Origin: a virus | Lineage: Duplodnaviria; Caudoviricetes | IMG/VR virus record: IMGVR_UViG_3300009104_000835 | Coordinates: 1 to 26,906 of that record | Length of the DNA stretch: 26,906 bases | Reading direction: 5' to 3' (one strand) | In this document: positions 15,787-26,100 of the stretch, one piece after another | How the letters are laid out: each line of letters starts with the position of its first letter | How positions within the stretch are numbered: the first letter of the stretch is position 1 | Made by a program: the position numbers and the translations under genes | Notes under the pieces: model-generated | Databases searched by the model: none | The model's input: the letters and a program-made list of their open reading frames with translations, nothing else | Told to the model about the DNA's origin: nothing

Positions 15787-16058
15787 TGGTTATTTACGGT
15801 TGTGATTGTGAAGAAGAAGAATGTATTTGTCACTTCTATCATTACGACTGTGCTTGCGATTATTGCCCTGACTGTGCCGATGACTGTTTTTGTTTTGATT
15901 ATGGAGAACCTGTAGATGTGGAGCCGCTGACACTTATGGAAGTTTTTGAACAGAACCCTGAATTGATGGGGGAACGACTAGAAGTAGATCCTTTTGATGA
16001 TGACGAAGTAATCGAATGTGATTTAGAAAATCCAGAGATTTGTGAATCTTGCCAATAA
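15786..16058 (+). CDS. Highly acidic Cys-rich protein (90 aa, 13 Cys)
   Basis: Ten Cys in CxC/CxxC motifs within the first 36 residues; ends CDLENPEICESCQ; TAATG-coupled to fdx. Confidence 0.8.
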   Translation: MVIYGCDCEEEECICHFYHYDCACDYCPDCADDCFCFDYGEPVDVEPLTLMEVFEQNPELMGERLEVDPFDDDEVIECDLENPEICESCQ

Positions 16059-16067
16059 GGGGCTGAT

Positions 16068-17999
16068 ATGCCATCAGGGAAAGCAATAACTATAGAGAAA
16101 TGGGCGGATTACCAAGCTCTTCGCCGTCAGGGGAAATCGCTTTATGCCGCAGCAAAAGAATGCGACATTTCTTACCACGCTTGCCGAGACGCAGAAGGGG
16201 ACAAAGCCCCGAGAAATTACATCGCCGCCCAAGAAGCCCTCGGCAAAACAATTCAACCGGAGGTACCTAAATATGATGAACTTTGTCCCGAGGCGCAGGC
16301 TGCTTACGATAATATCGAAATCTTTGCCAAAAGGTATTTCGGGATTATTTTACAACCGTGGCAAGTTGAAGCAACCGAACGCATTATGGGTCTCATGGAG
16401 ACAGAATACGAAGAGTACGTCGTAATTAACGCTCCCCCCGGTACGGGAAAATCAACATTCTTTGCTAAAGTATTACCCGCATGGGCAACTGTGCGTAACC
16501 GAGCTATCCGTGGGATGATCGGTTCCTCAACACAACGACTAGCAGAATGGTATTGCCGCAGGTTGCGTGCCGAACTTGATCGAGCGCACCCTGTAAAAGC
16601 AGAGTTGAACGATGTTCGACTTAACTTAGCGGTTGACGCTGAGGCTACGTTGCAAGAGGACTTCGGCATGTTCAAGCCAGATTCGTCAGAAATCTGGCGG
16701 GCCGAAGCATTCACTGTTTTACAAAAAGACGACACACCCCTTTCCCAAAAAGAACCAACGTGGTCTGCGTTCGGAATGGACTCTGGTTTCTTGGGTGGCC
16801 GTTTCGATCTAGTGATATGGGACGACGTATACGACCCACGAAAGATGAGATCCGCTGAGGCCCGTGAAGATATGCGAAGATGGTGGGATGAAGTGGCTGA
16901 AACTCGGCTCGAACCCGGTGGATTACTCGTATTACAAGGACAGCGAATGTCCGCTGACGACATTTACCGATACGCACTTGATAAAGTTGCGCCCCCGGAC
17001 GACTACGAACTCGACGAATTTGACCCAGAAGACGCTCCAGACGAATGGAGAAAATACGCTCATCTCAAATATCAAGCACATTATGAAGAGATTTGTTCAG
17101 GTGATCCTGAAACACACAAACCACATGCAGAACCGTGGCCCGAAGGATGCCTCTTGTATCCGAGGCGGTTACCTTGGCGACGATTACGGCATATCAAAGC
17201 ACAAACGCCTGATAGATTCGAAATTCTTTATCAGCAGTTGGATGTAAACCCTGCCAATGTGCTGGTAGACCCCCTTTGGGTGACCGGCGGACCGGGTAAA
17301 GATGGGGTACACCACCCCGGATGTTGGGATAATGACCGAGGTTTGTGGGAGTTACCACAAAATGTGAGTGGTGAAATGTTTGTTATAGCAACAGCAGATC
17401 CCTCTCCAGCGAACTATTGGGCTATCCAATGTTGGGCGTATAACCCCGAAACAGAGTTTCGTTACCTTTTGGAGTCATATCGGCGTAAGATGGATGCACC
17501 GTCCTTTTTGGATTGGAGCCATGAACAACAACGATTCACGGGTGTAGCCGAGGATTGGTGGCAGATAAGCAACGATATGGGGCACCCGATTACTCATTGG
17601 GTGATTGAAGCTAACGCTGCACAGAAGTTCATTCTCCAATACGACCATTTCCGACGCTGGGCGGCATTACGAAATGTCCAACTTATCCCTCATTACACGC
17701 ATTCTAAAAATAAAGGCGACCCCAAATACGGAGTGCAAATGCTCGCTCCATTATGGCGTGTCGGCAGAGTGCGTTTGCCCGGTAAACAGAACACTGAAGC
17801 AAGACCTCATTCGCTACTTCTCGTCAACGAAGTAACACGCTGGAATGCTGAAGGGACCGGTTCACGCACGGATGACTGCGTTATGGCACAATGGTTTCTC
17901 GAACATAATTTAGAGAAACTTTATATGCCGACTATAGTTAACAATCGACAGTGGCGTCCGACTTGGCTTACGGGTGACGCAGAACTTTTGGCGAGGTAA
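16068..17999 (+). CDS. terL: Terminase large subunit with N-terminal HTH-like extension
   Basis: PWQ adenine-binding motif, Walker A APPGTGKST, Walker B DLVIWDD, nuclease acidic motifs TADPS, IEANAAQ and TDDCVMA. Confidence 0.93.
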   Translation: MPSGKAITIEKWADYQALRRQGKSLYAAAKECDISYHACRDAEGDKAPRNYIAAQEALGKTIQPEVPKYDELCPEAQAAYDNIEIFAKRYFGIILQPWQVEATERIMGLMETEYEEYVVINAPPGTGKSTFFAKVLPAWATVRNRAIRGMIGSSTQRLAEWYCRRLRAELDRAHPVKAELNDVRLNLAVDAEATLQEDFGMFKPDSSEIWRAEAFTVLQKDDTPLSQKEPTWSAFGMDSGFLGGRFDLVIWDDVYDPRKMRSAEAREDMRRWWDEVAETRLEPGGLLVLQGQRMSADDIYRYALDKVAPPDDYELDEFDPEDAPDEWRKYAHLKYQAHYEEICSGDPETHKPHAEPWPEGCLLYPRRLPWRRLRHIKAQTPDRFEILYQQLDVNPANVLVDPLWVTGGPGKDGVHHPGCWDNDRGLWELPQNVSGEMFVIATADPSPANYWAIQCWAYNPETEFRYLLESYRRKMDAPSFLDWSHEQQRFTGVAEDWWQISNDMGHPITHWVIEANAAQKFILQYDHFRRWAALRNVQLIPHYTHSKNKGDPKYGVQMLAPLWRVGRVRLPGKQNTEARPHSLLLVNEVTRWNAEGTGSRTDDCVMAQWFLEHNLEKLYMPTIVNNRQWRPTWLTGDAELLAR

Positions 18000-18001
18000 G
18001 A

Positions 18002-19771
18002 GTGAAATCCGTAGAGGAAATTATTAGTTTATATACGGCACGATCTCGCACCAACGATAGCGCAAAAGCTAAAATGCGTGAACTGCGAGATTACTATAAC
18101 GGTGATGTTGTTATTCCGTTACCAGAATTAAACAGCGACGAAAAATCTGCTGTTGCTAATCTTCTCGGCCAAGGCTTAGATCAAACAGCGATGCGTATTG
18201 CATCGACAAGCCCCGATATTTATTGTCCGCCGGTAGATACACGTACTAAACGAGCACGAGAAAACGCTGACATACGTCGCAAAGCTTTGTTTGGGTTTTG
18301 GGAAAACAGCCGAATGGACCTCCAATTAGCGAAACGGGCACGTCATCTCATTGGTTACGCCAGCACATGCACACATCTTAGGTTTGACAGAAAGATTGGG
18401 GCACCGACATGGCATGTGCGTGACCCATTAACTACCTATCCAGCGACAATGTTGGGGGTAGATGATGTTCGGCCACGGGACGTTATCTTTGCTTATGAGC
18501 GTCAACTTGGTTGGATACGTCAAATGTATCCAGAAGCCGCACGACAATTCGGTGGAGATGGTACAGCCACAGAAGATACAAGCCTTCAGTTAATCGAATA
18601 CGTTGACCATGAAGAACAAGTTCTCATCGGTATGCGTACCGTTACACCCAAATCCTTACCTTTCATGTCACCAGTTAGCCCCGGTGAAGCAAAACAAATC
18701 ATTGTTGAATTAGAACGGATACCTAATCCGCTTGGGCAAACCCCAGTTGTTTGTGCACAACGAATTAGTCTCGATAACGCACAAGGACAGTTCGACGGCA
18801 TCCTCGGTATGTACCAAATGCAGGCACGACTGATGGCCTTAGAAGTTATAGCTGTCCAAAAAGGTGTATTCCCCGACACATATCTCATAGGTCGGGCCGG
18901 AGAAACCCCACAAATTGTGAACCCAGCCGACGGTTTAACCGGTGAAGTTGGTGTTGTCCGAGGTGGGGATCTTCGGGATATACAAACCCAGCCGGGGTAT
19001 ATGACAAACCCAGCCATCGACAGGTTGGAACGGGCGCAACGTTTAACTGCTGGCATCCCACAAGAATTTGGTGGCGAATCAACCTCCAATATTCGGACAG
19101 GGCGACGAGGCGAAGCTGTTCTTTCGGCTGTAGTTGACTTCACAGTACAAGAAGCGCAACGGATAATGGCTCGGTCGCTTCAAGAAGAAAACCGTTTAGC
19201 CATAGATCTTTGTAAGGCATACTCCGGGGGACGGAAACGTAGCTTTTATGTCAGTACCAAAAACGCTAAAGGCGCAGTTGACTACGTGCCCAATCAAAAC
19301 TTTGATAGCAACGACAACGTGGTTTCCTACTCCCATCCCGGTGCAGATATAAACAATTTAGTAATCGGTGGTGGGCAACGAGTTGGTATGGGAACAATGT
19401 CGAAGCGTTCGTTTATGGCTATCGATCCACTTGTAGAAGACCCCGAGTTTGAACACGACACGGTAATAGCTGAACAATTAGAACAAGCACTTCTTTCTTC
19501 TGTGCAACAACAAGCTTCAGAAGGTGTTATTCCTGCTGGTGACTTAGCTCGGATTATGGAATTAGTGAAGAACGACCAAATGGAATTGGCTGAAGCTGTC
19601 GAAAAAGTGCAACGTGAAGCGCAAGAAAGACAGGCAGAAGTAATGCCAGCAGGTTCCCCAGAAACAATGCCGGGGTTAGCAGCCCCCGGAATGGGAGCAG
19701 AAGCTATGGCCGCTATGCCACCTGAACCCGCATCGCCGCAGTCACTCGAAGAATTAGTGGCGGCGCTGTAA
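18002..19771 (+). CDS. Portal (head-tail connector) protein
   Basis: 589 aa directly after terL; helical composition, LRDYYNGD N-terminal region and Q/A/P-rich C-terminal tail. Confidence 0.85.
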   Translation: MKSVEEIISLYTARSRTNDSAKAKMRELRDYYNGDVVIPLPELNSDEKSAVANLLGQGLDQTAMRIASTSPDIYCPPVDTRTKRARENADIRRKALFGFWENSRMDLQLAKRARHLIGYASTCTHLRFDRKIGAPTWHVRDPLTTYPATMLGVDDVRPRDVIFAYERQLGWIRQMYPEAARQFGGDGTATEDTSLQLIEYVDHEEQVLIGMRTVTPKSLPFMSPVSPGEAKQIIVELERIPNPLGQTPVVCAQRISLDNAQGQFDGILGMYQMQARLMALEVIAVQKGVFPDTYLIGRAGETPQIVNPADGLTGEVGVVRGGDLRDIQTQPGYMTNPAIDRLERAQRLTAGIPQEFGGESTSNIRTGRRGEAVLSAVVDFTVQEAQRIMARSLQEENRLAIDLCKAYSGGRKRSFYVSTKNAKGAVDYVPNQNFDSNDNVVSYSHPGADINNLVIGGGQRVGMGTMSKRSFMAIDPLVEDPEFEHDTVIAEQLEQALLSSVQQQASEGVIPAGDLARIMELVKNDQMELAEAVEKVQREAQERQAEVMPAGSPETMPGLAAPGMGAEAMAAMPPEPASPQSLEELVAAL

Positions 19772-20169
19772 TGCCACGCAAAGGTAAAGGTTCCAAAACC
19801 CAACCAATCCAAACAGCAACTGGTCAAACATATGGTGATGCTGGAGTACAAGAACAAGCACAAGAAATTGTGCCGTTGCCGCAAGTCATCGATGCAGAAA
19901 TAGTGGAGCCTGCTCCTCGAACCGGCCCGCAACCGGGGGCTATGGGTAGTCCCTTTAGGCAAACAGAGTTCCCAAACGAATCTGTGATGACAGGAGAAAA
20001 TTATTCTCAGGCAGCCGGTCCTCCACTTTCAGCAGCACGGGCACAACAATTGCCAAGGTTCTTGCATGTAATGGGTGCTTTAGCTAATAACCCCTACGCA
20101 GATGACGGAATGAAAGAAATAGTCCGTCGAATGGAACAATTCGTACCACCATCACCTAGAGCACGATGA
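19771..20169 (+). CDS. Hypothetical P/Q-rich protein (132 aa), probably virion-associated
   Basis: Coupled to the portal (TAATG) and to the giant ORF (ATGA). Confidence 0.75.
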   Translation: MPRKGKGSKTQPIQTATGQTYGDAGVQEQAQEIVPLPQVIDAEIVEPAPRTGPQPGAMGSPFRQTEFPNESVMTGENYSQAAGPPLSAARAQQLPRFLHVMGALANNPYADDGMKEIVRRMEQFVPPSPRAR

Positions 20170-23100
20170 GTTTCGGTAGTCGGGTTTGGAAGATATTCCG
20201 CAATATCCCTGATATAGGGATACAAGCTGCGGACTTTTTTGTTGATGGTATTAGTGCATTGGGGGATGACGAGTTTGGTGTTGTCGAAGGTTTCATAGAA
20301 TCGTGGGAAGATAACGTTTTAGGGAAACCTTCCGGCACGGGAACAGCCGAACGCAGCCTTATAGGTGCAACAATGGGACCGGAAGGTATTATCGGGGCAA
20401 CTGTAGGAGCGATACCTGAAGACGTAAGAAAAGAACTGGGGGCCGACCAGTGGAACTTGATGCTCAGTGGGTTGGATTTCACATGGACATATGGGATTGC
20501 TCGTCCCGTTGCGACTCTTGCCACTATCGCTAACCTGAATCAACTTAGTTTTGAACAAAGTAAATATTTGCAAGCTATCCGGTCTGGAGAAGTAGATCCC
20601 CGTGTAGCAAGCATGAACGGTTGGCTCCCGTTTAATCACCGGACATTTGATCCGACGACGTGGCGTGAAGCATGGAATTTGACACAGCACCGTTCACCCG
20701 GTCAAGCAATGACGCTGGCGTTAAACGGTGTAAATATTTACAATCCTGAAGAACTCAAAGAGTTCAAAGAAACAAATATGTATTACATAACGTCTGGGGT
20801 TCTGGACGTCGGATTAGCTGTTGCGGCTGACCCAACTTATCTAGGAGCAAAAGCCGCACGGTTGAAGGTTTTGAATAGACGAGCACGGAATCTTCACGAT
20901 GCATCGGGTGGCTCAATTACTAGCGTTGGACCATATTTAGAACATGGTGTTGTGCGCCCCGGGTTGTTTGGCGAACGACCTTACATGGAACCGTTTATCC
21001 AAACACAACGTCCGGCAGCACAGCGGGAGTCAATTATTTTGCGGACACCAAGCCGCAGAGATATTCGCATCGGAGGTGAAAAGTTACATAACTGGATATT
21101 GGAACATGAAGCACCTGCCTTAACACGTCTTCTCGGTGGAAGCGTCACAGAGATGTTGACTATTCCGGGCGGCAGAAAAGTTGGATCTCCGGGCCGTGTA
21201 CGTGACGAACTTTTCTTTGAAAACTATTCGTATAAACCTAAATGGATGGACGATCAACCATCCACAATGGATGAAACATTAACAAGCTACGTCGGTGAAG
21301 CAGAACGCATTAAAACAATATTCGACGATGAATTAGAGTCTGCATTAAATAAGGGAGATATTCCTCTTCATGTGATAGGTACGGGGGAAGCAAGCCTCGA
21401 CCCTAGATGGGGCACTACCCCAGCCAGTTTCATTTGGGAATTAAACCCGGACAGCATAGGTGCTTCTCCGTGGCGGACACTCGAAGATAACACTCGCAAT
21501 ATGATTGAGGACTTCCAAACAGAATTCGATAACTTTGCAGAAGGTTTAAGTAGTGGAAAATACTGGGATGCTCGAAGTTTTGGAGATGAGCAAGGACTAT
21601 TTGATGGCCCAACGTTAGATCGGCTCCCCGAAAAAATAGACGAAATCTTTGAGGGTTACCTGCCTTTAGAAGAAGCTTTCCAAGAAACCGTCAGGCGTAC
21701 TGCTGACGTTACGATGACACCCACTACGGGTTTGTTCGCAGTTTTACGAAGCTTGGATCAATTCATCGAAGACACACTTGGTGCTTACACCGACAGCTTC
21801 AATATTGACCCCACTAGTAGTTTGGGCAGGGTATTGCCTGAGCAATACCATGAATTAGCTGACGATCTTTATTCTTTACGGGGACGCTTCATAGCTCTTT
21901 TGGCTGACAACCCTTTGCCAGCACGTGCAAGAGAAACGCTGAAACGTGCCGAAGACGAGGGAAGAGGATTTGCTAGTTGGACAGGTGTCGCAGAGGCACC
22001 AGAGTCAGGACAACTTGTTCGCAATACTGGCTTCACAATGGCCTTGGAAAATCTAATCGATGCGCACCGATTAACAACTAGAACAAATCTCACAGAAGAA
22101 CTCAACCGTGTTATTGAACGCTCCTTAAACGAAATAGATGGTAGCGAGAACTATGCAATAAATAATCTCTGGAATGCGCTTCACCCCGGACGAGGAAGCG
22201 TCGGGCCTCGAAAATTGAGAGAATTAATTCAACGGTTGGACGAACAGTTCCCCGGTATGGGTTGGGATGATTTCCTTGATAATGATTACCTAAGAGATGT
22301 TTTACGAAGACAAGCTGGGGGGAACGAAGATGCTCGTCGTCCATTTGATTCGTCTGAGTTTGGGGACGATTGGTCTGTTAACGAAGGAAGACAAGAACAG
22401 TGGGCTATATATGTAGATCAAGCAACTACCGTCATAGAGGATTTACTTGACCGACAACGAAATACAGCACCATTAAGAGATGCAGATAGCCCTAACCCCT
22501 ATGCAGATTTAGAACAACGCATAGAACAAGTACGGCAAGTTATCGAAGACATCATTGTTGAAGGCGCAATCGAAAGACGGCTCGATGCTCCTGAAAACCG
22601 TGTAAGTCTTTGGGGTCCAGCAGAGTTCGAAGCGATGCAGTCAGGGTTTAACTATTTAGTCGCTGCCACCGACGAAATGATAGATGATTACGTTAGAGCC
22701 GCAATCCCTAATAATCTTCTCGAAGCACAAGAGGCTTATCGAGAGGTTCTCGGTGAGCAATCATCCTTGATGGGGATGGCTGGTGAAATGTCTCCAGATG
22801 ATTGGAACCGGTATGTCGATGATATGTATGGCAAAAATCGTTGGGCTGGGGCAAGAGGATCGTATACAACTGAAAAGTTTTTGGATCGTTTAACTTTACG
22901 TTTGTTTAAAGAGTTGCCTACATGGGGACCGTTCTACAAAGTATTGCCCAAAGATCAGCTTTGGCAGCGAGCACAGATATATGCACGCCTAGCTAATGGT
23001 GGCCCCGTAGACGGTTCTTCGTGGCTTCCTTATTACAATCTTATTCGATTAGAAAAAGGTAACCCTGCTGTCAAAGCAGCGATGACGGCACAAGCAAAAG

Positions 23101-26100
23101 ACTTTTCTTACATTTGGTCTTTGCTGCGAGATATCGAAGCGCCTGTTATCAGGAATATTTCTGGTGATGAAGTTCGAAGTCTTTATGATGCAGAACAACC
23201 TGTGGAGCCTCGTGGTATTAGAGACACCGGAGGAGATCTGTTAGAGATTGATCCCAGAAGGCGACCAGACGATCCCGATACCATCGACTTTTCCTATAGA
23301 CGAGACTTCGAGGAAACACTCAAACTTAGTGATGAAGGCATCGACAAAGTTGTAGATCGCACCAGAGAACCGGGTGACGAAATGCAATATGGGGTACCCA
23401 ATTCGATGAAGATTAGACATAACCAAGAAAGAGTTACGGTTCATTGGCACTTTAGAGAAATTCGACACGCACGACAAAACATTCTTGCTCTTGAAGAAGC
23501 AATACGGAAGCGCAAATTCGATGAAAAAGTAAGACGAGAAGATAAAAACTACGGGGAAGATGAGGTCAGTATTTTAGACGAAGCGACTGAAATAATGGAC
23601 ACAAATGTGTCCTTTGAAATGCTTTCGAAAGCGAATGCTGAACGGTTACGTCTAACACTTAAAGCCAAAGAAGCAGCCCACGCTCTTTATATTAAGAACT
23701 ATTTGTTTAGTCCACGTGCCCTAGCGCAAATGGCCGAAGTCCAAGGCAAACGGCTTATCGAAGACTTAATGAACGAAGTCTGGGAAACAATGCGGATACC
23801 AGAAGCACAACCAGATGCTCCAGCTTGGGCTTGGTCACAACTTGGCCTAGACGTATCGGAAGAAGCTTTACGTCAAGCTGGCGACATAATCGATATGTAC
23901 GAACACGTTAGGTTCGATCATGCTTTAGGTCGGGAAATGGGTTTCACTGACTTTGAAGATCTCTTTCCGGTCGTGCCACCAGCGAGAGGGTTTGTTCGTG
24001 AGAGCGCAAATGATCTCATAGATTTTGCTGGGTTTGATCCCAATAGTCCTTACATGGAATTGATTGACCGCATTTCGGAAATGGATAAATTCCCTTGGCA
24101 AGCAGTCTTGGGGCTAGATGATGCATTAGTGGGGATGTTGGTTAAAACCTATGAACGCATCCCCCCTCTCGGTTTCAAAGAAGATATAGCTACAAATGTT
24201 ATGCAGACAAGAACTGCTCCGTTCGATGATCCAGTTCCCGAAATGCTTAGTTCTACTGAAGCTCATTCTTTAGTCGCAGATCAAATAATAGAAGCTGCGA
24301 TGGCTCCGTTGAATCCTGCGTTAGCTAAAGCTTTGCCATCTGCACCGTCAACAAAGACAGGGGTGCTAGCGAAAACTTTGTTCAGTAAATCAGGACCACT
24401 AGCAGGTCCGATGAATAGTCGTTTCGTTAGGTTGTTCTCTGAAAAAATTCCTCATGGAGTTATAAACGTCCATGACCGGAGCACAGTTGCTAGCCAACTC
24501 GACGTTATGTTCCGTGAATTAGGACGTATCAATCTTTTAGTGCCTCCCGGCATGAGTAGACGTGAGAGAAAAGCAACATTAAAAAATGCTCCCCCCGAGA
24601 CACCTCGGCGTTTAGCTAGTGGTGAAGATTTTACGCTTCTTGATCTTGCGATTATGACTTACAAAGGTACGCCGGAAGCTCCGTGGCCTGTTCCTCGGGA
24701 TCGGGTAGAAGCAGCGCAACGTGTCGATGATCTAATGATCGAGTTCCTTGATTCGTATGGGGATGAATTAGCAATCAAAATTGATCGTCTTAACGAAGCG
24801 GCTCTTAACGGTGCAATAAACGCAGTAACCCCCCACCCAATATTTAAAGATATTGATTGGGGAAGCGCCGGTGTTTCGGCTGCAATGAAAGGAATACTCC
24901 GAGGCGATATTGATGCAGCCAAACGTTTATTAGAAGATGCAGCAGAACACACAGAACGACGATACGGAAATAGTGATTTCACTGAAGTAGTAATCCCAGA
25001 ATTAGGTGGAACGACATTCATTTATAAACCAATGTCTCCGTCCCAAATGCGGCAAACATTAGTGATGCCACGGTGGGACAAGTTCCAACGCCTTTTCCAA
25101 GTACTCCAAGGCGATATAAAAACTATTATCGGACCTAACGGAGAAAACCTTGATGTTTCAGTTAGTGCCAGAAATGCGATAGTTAGAGCGACACGTCGTG
25201 AAGCATTAACAATGTGGAAGCGTCACACACTGTTGACCCCACGTTGGCAAATGGTAGTTAACACAGATTCGCAATTACGCAATATCGCACATTTGGGGGC
25301 TGCGATGGCGTTGGGGCGTCTTGGTGGGTCATTCGATGAATTACGTGTTCGTTGGCTTCGTAAAGCTGGTGTAGATATAAACGCTGTGGTGGCTGACAAA
25401 CTTGTCGAGCAGTTGCCGGATGGCTATATGGGGGCAGGTTGGGTTAAGCAAGTCGAGTTTTATAAACGATCACACGATGAAGGTGTGGTCGGATTTGAAA
25501 GAACAATAGAAGAGTTTGTAGCTGATGCGATTGGGGAAGAGTACGCAAATAAACGTGCGAATATAAGAACTCTTGCCATGACTGGATCAGGTTGGTTCTT
25601 TGGTGGTCCGGTAGGCGCTGCTGCTGCGGCTGGACTTTACACAGCATACAGCCGTGACAGTTTGGCGAAACTTGCACGTCGCCAATTGGCTGATACATAT
25701 GGTGTGGCTTTGCGGGCAGAAGCGTTGGATCTGGTTGAACGTGCGAACAGGCTAGATATTTCGGAATTTATGCGGGCACAATATCCTGACCTTCCGCAGT
25801 ATGCGCTTGACGAAGTAGCAGAGATAAAAGCTGAACATTGGTTAGTCAGAGATGAAGCGTGGAATAGTTGGATCAATGAAGCAGGCACTACAGAATCTTG
25901 GATGTACAGGCGACTGTTAGAAGATGAAGGGTTAATCAATGCAGGAGATATCGCTGCTCGTATAAATTGGCAGCTTATTCAAGAACTAGGTGCTAAAGCT
26001 AGAGGGGACACACCCTTTGGGCGGTATTTCATCGATCCAATGGTAACTCCAGCTTCTGACAAAGCTATGAGGAATATGCGTGCTTTCCGCGCTAGGCGAG

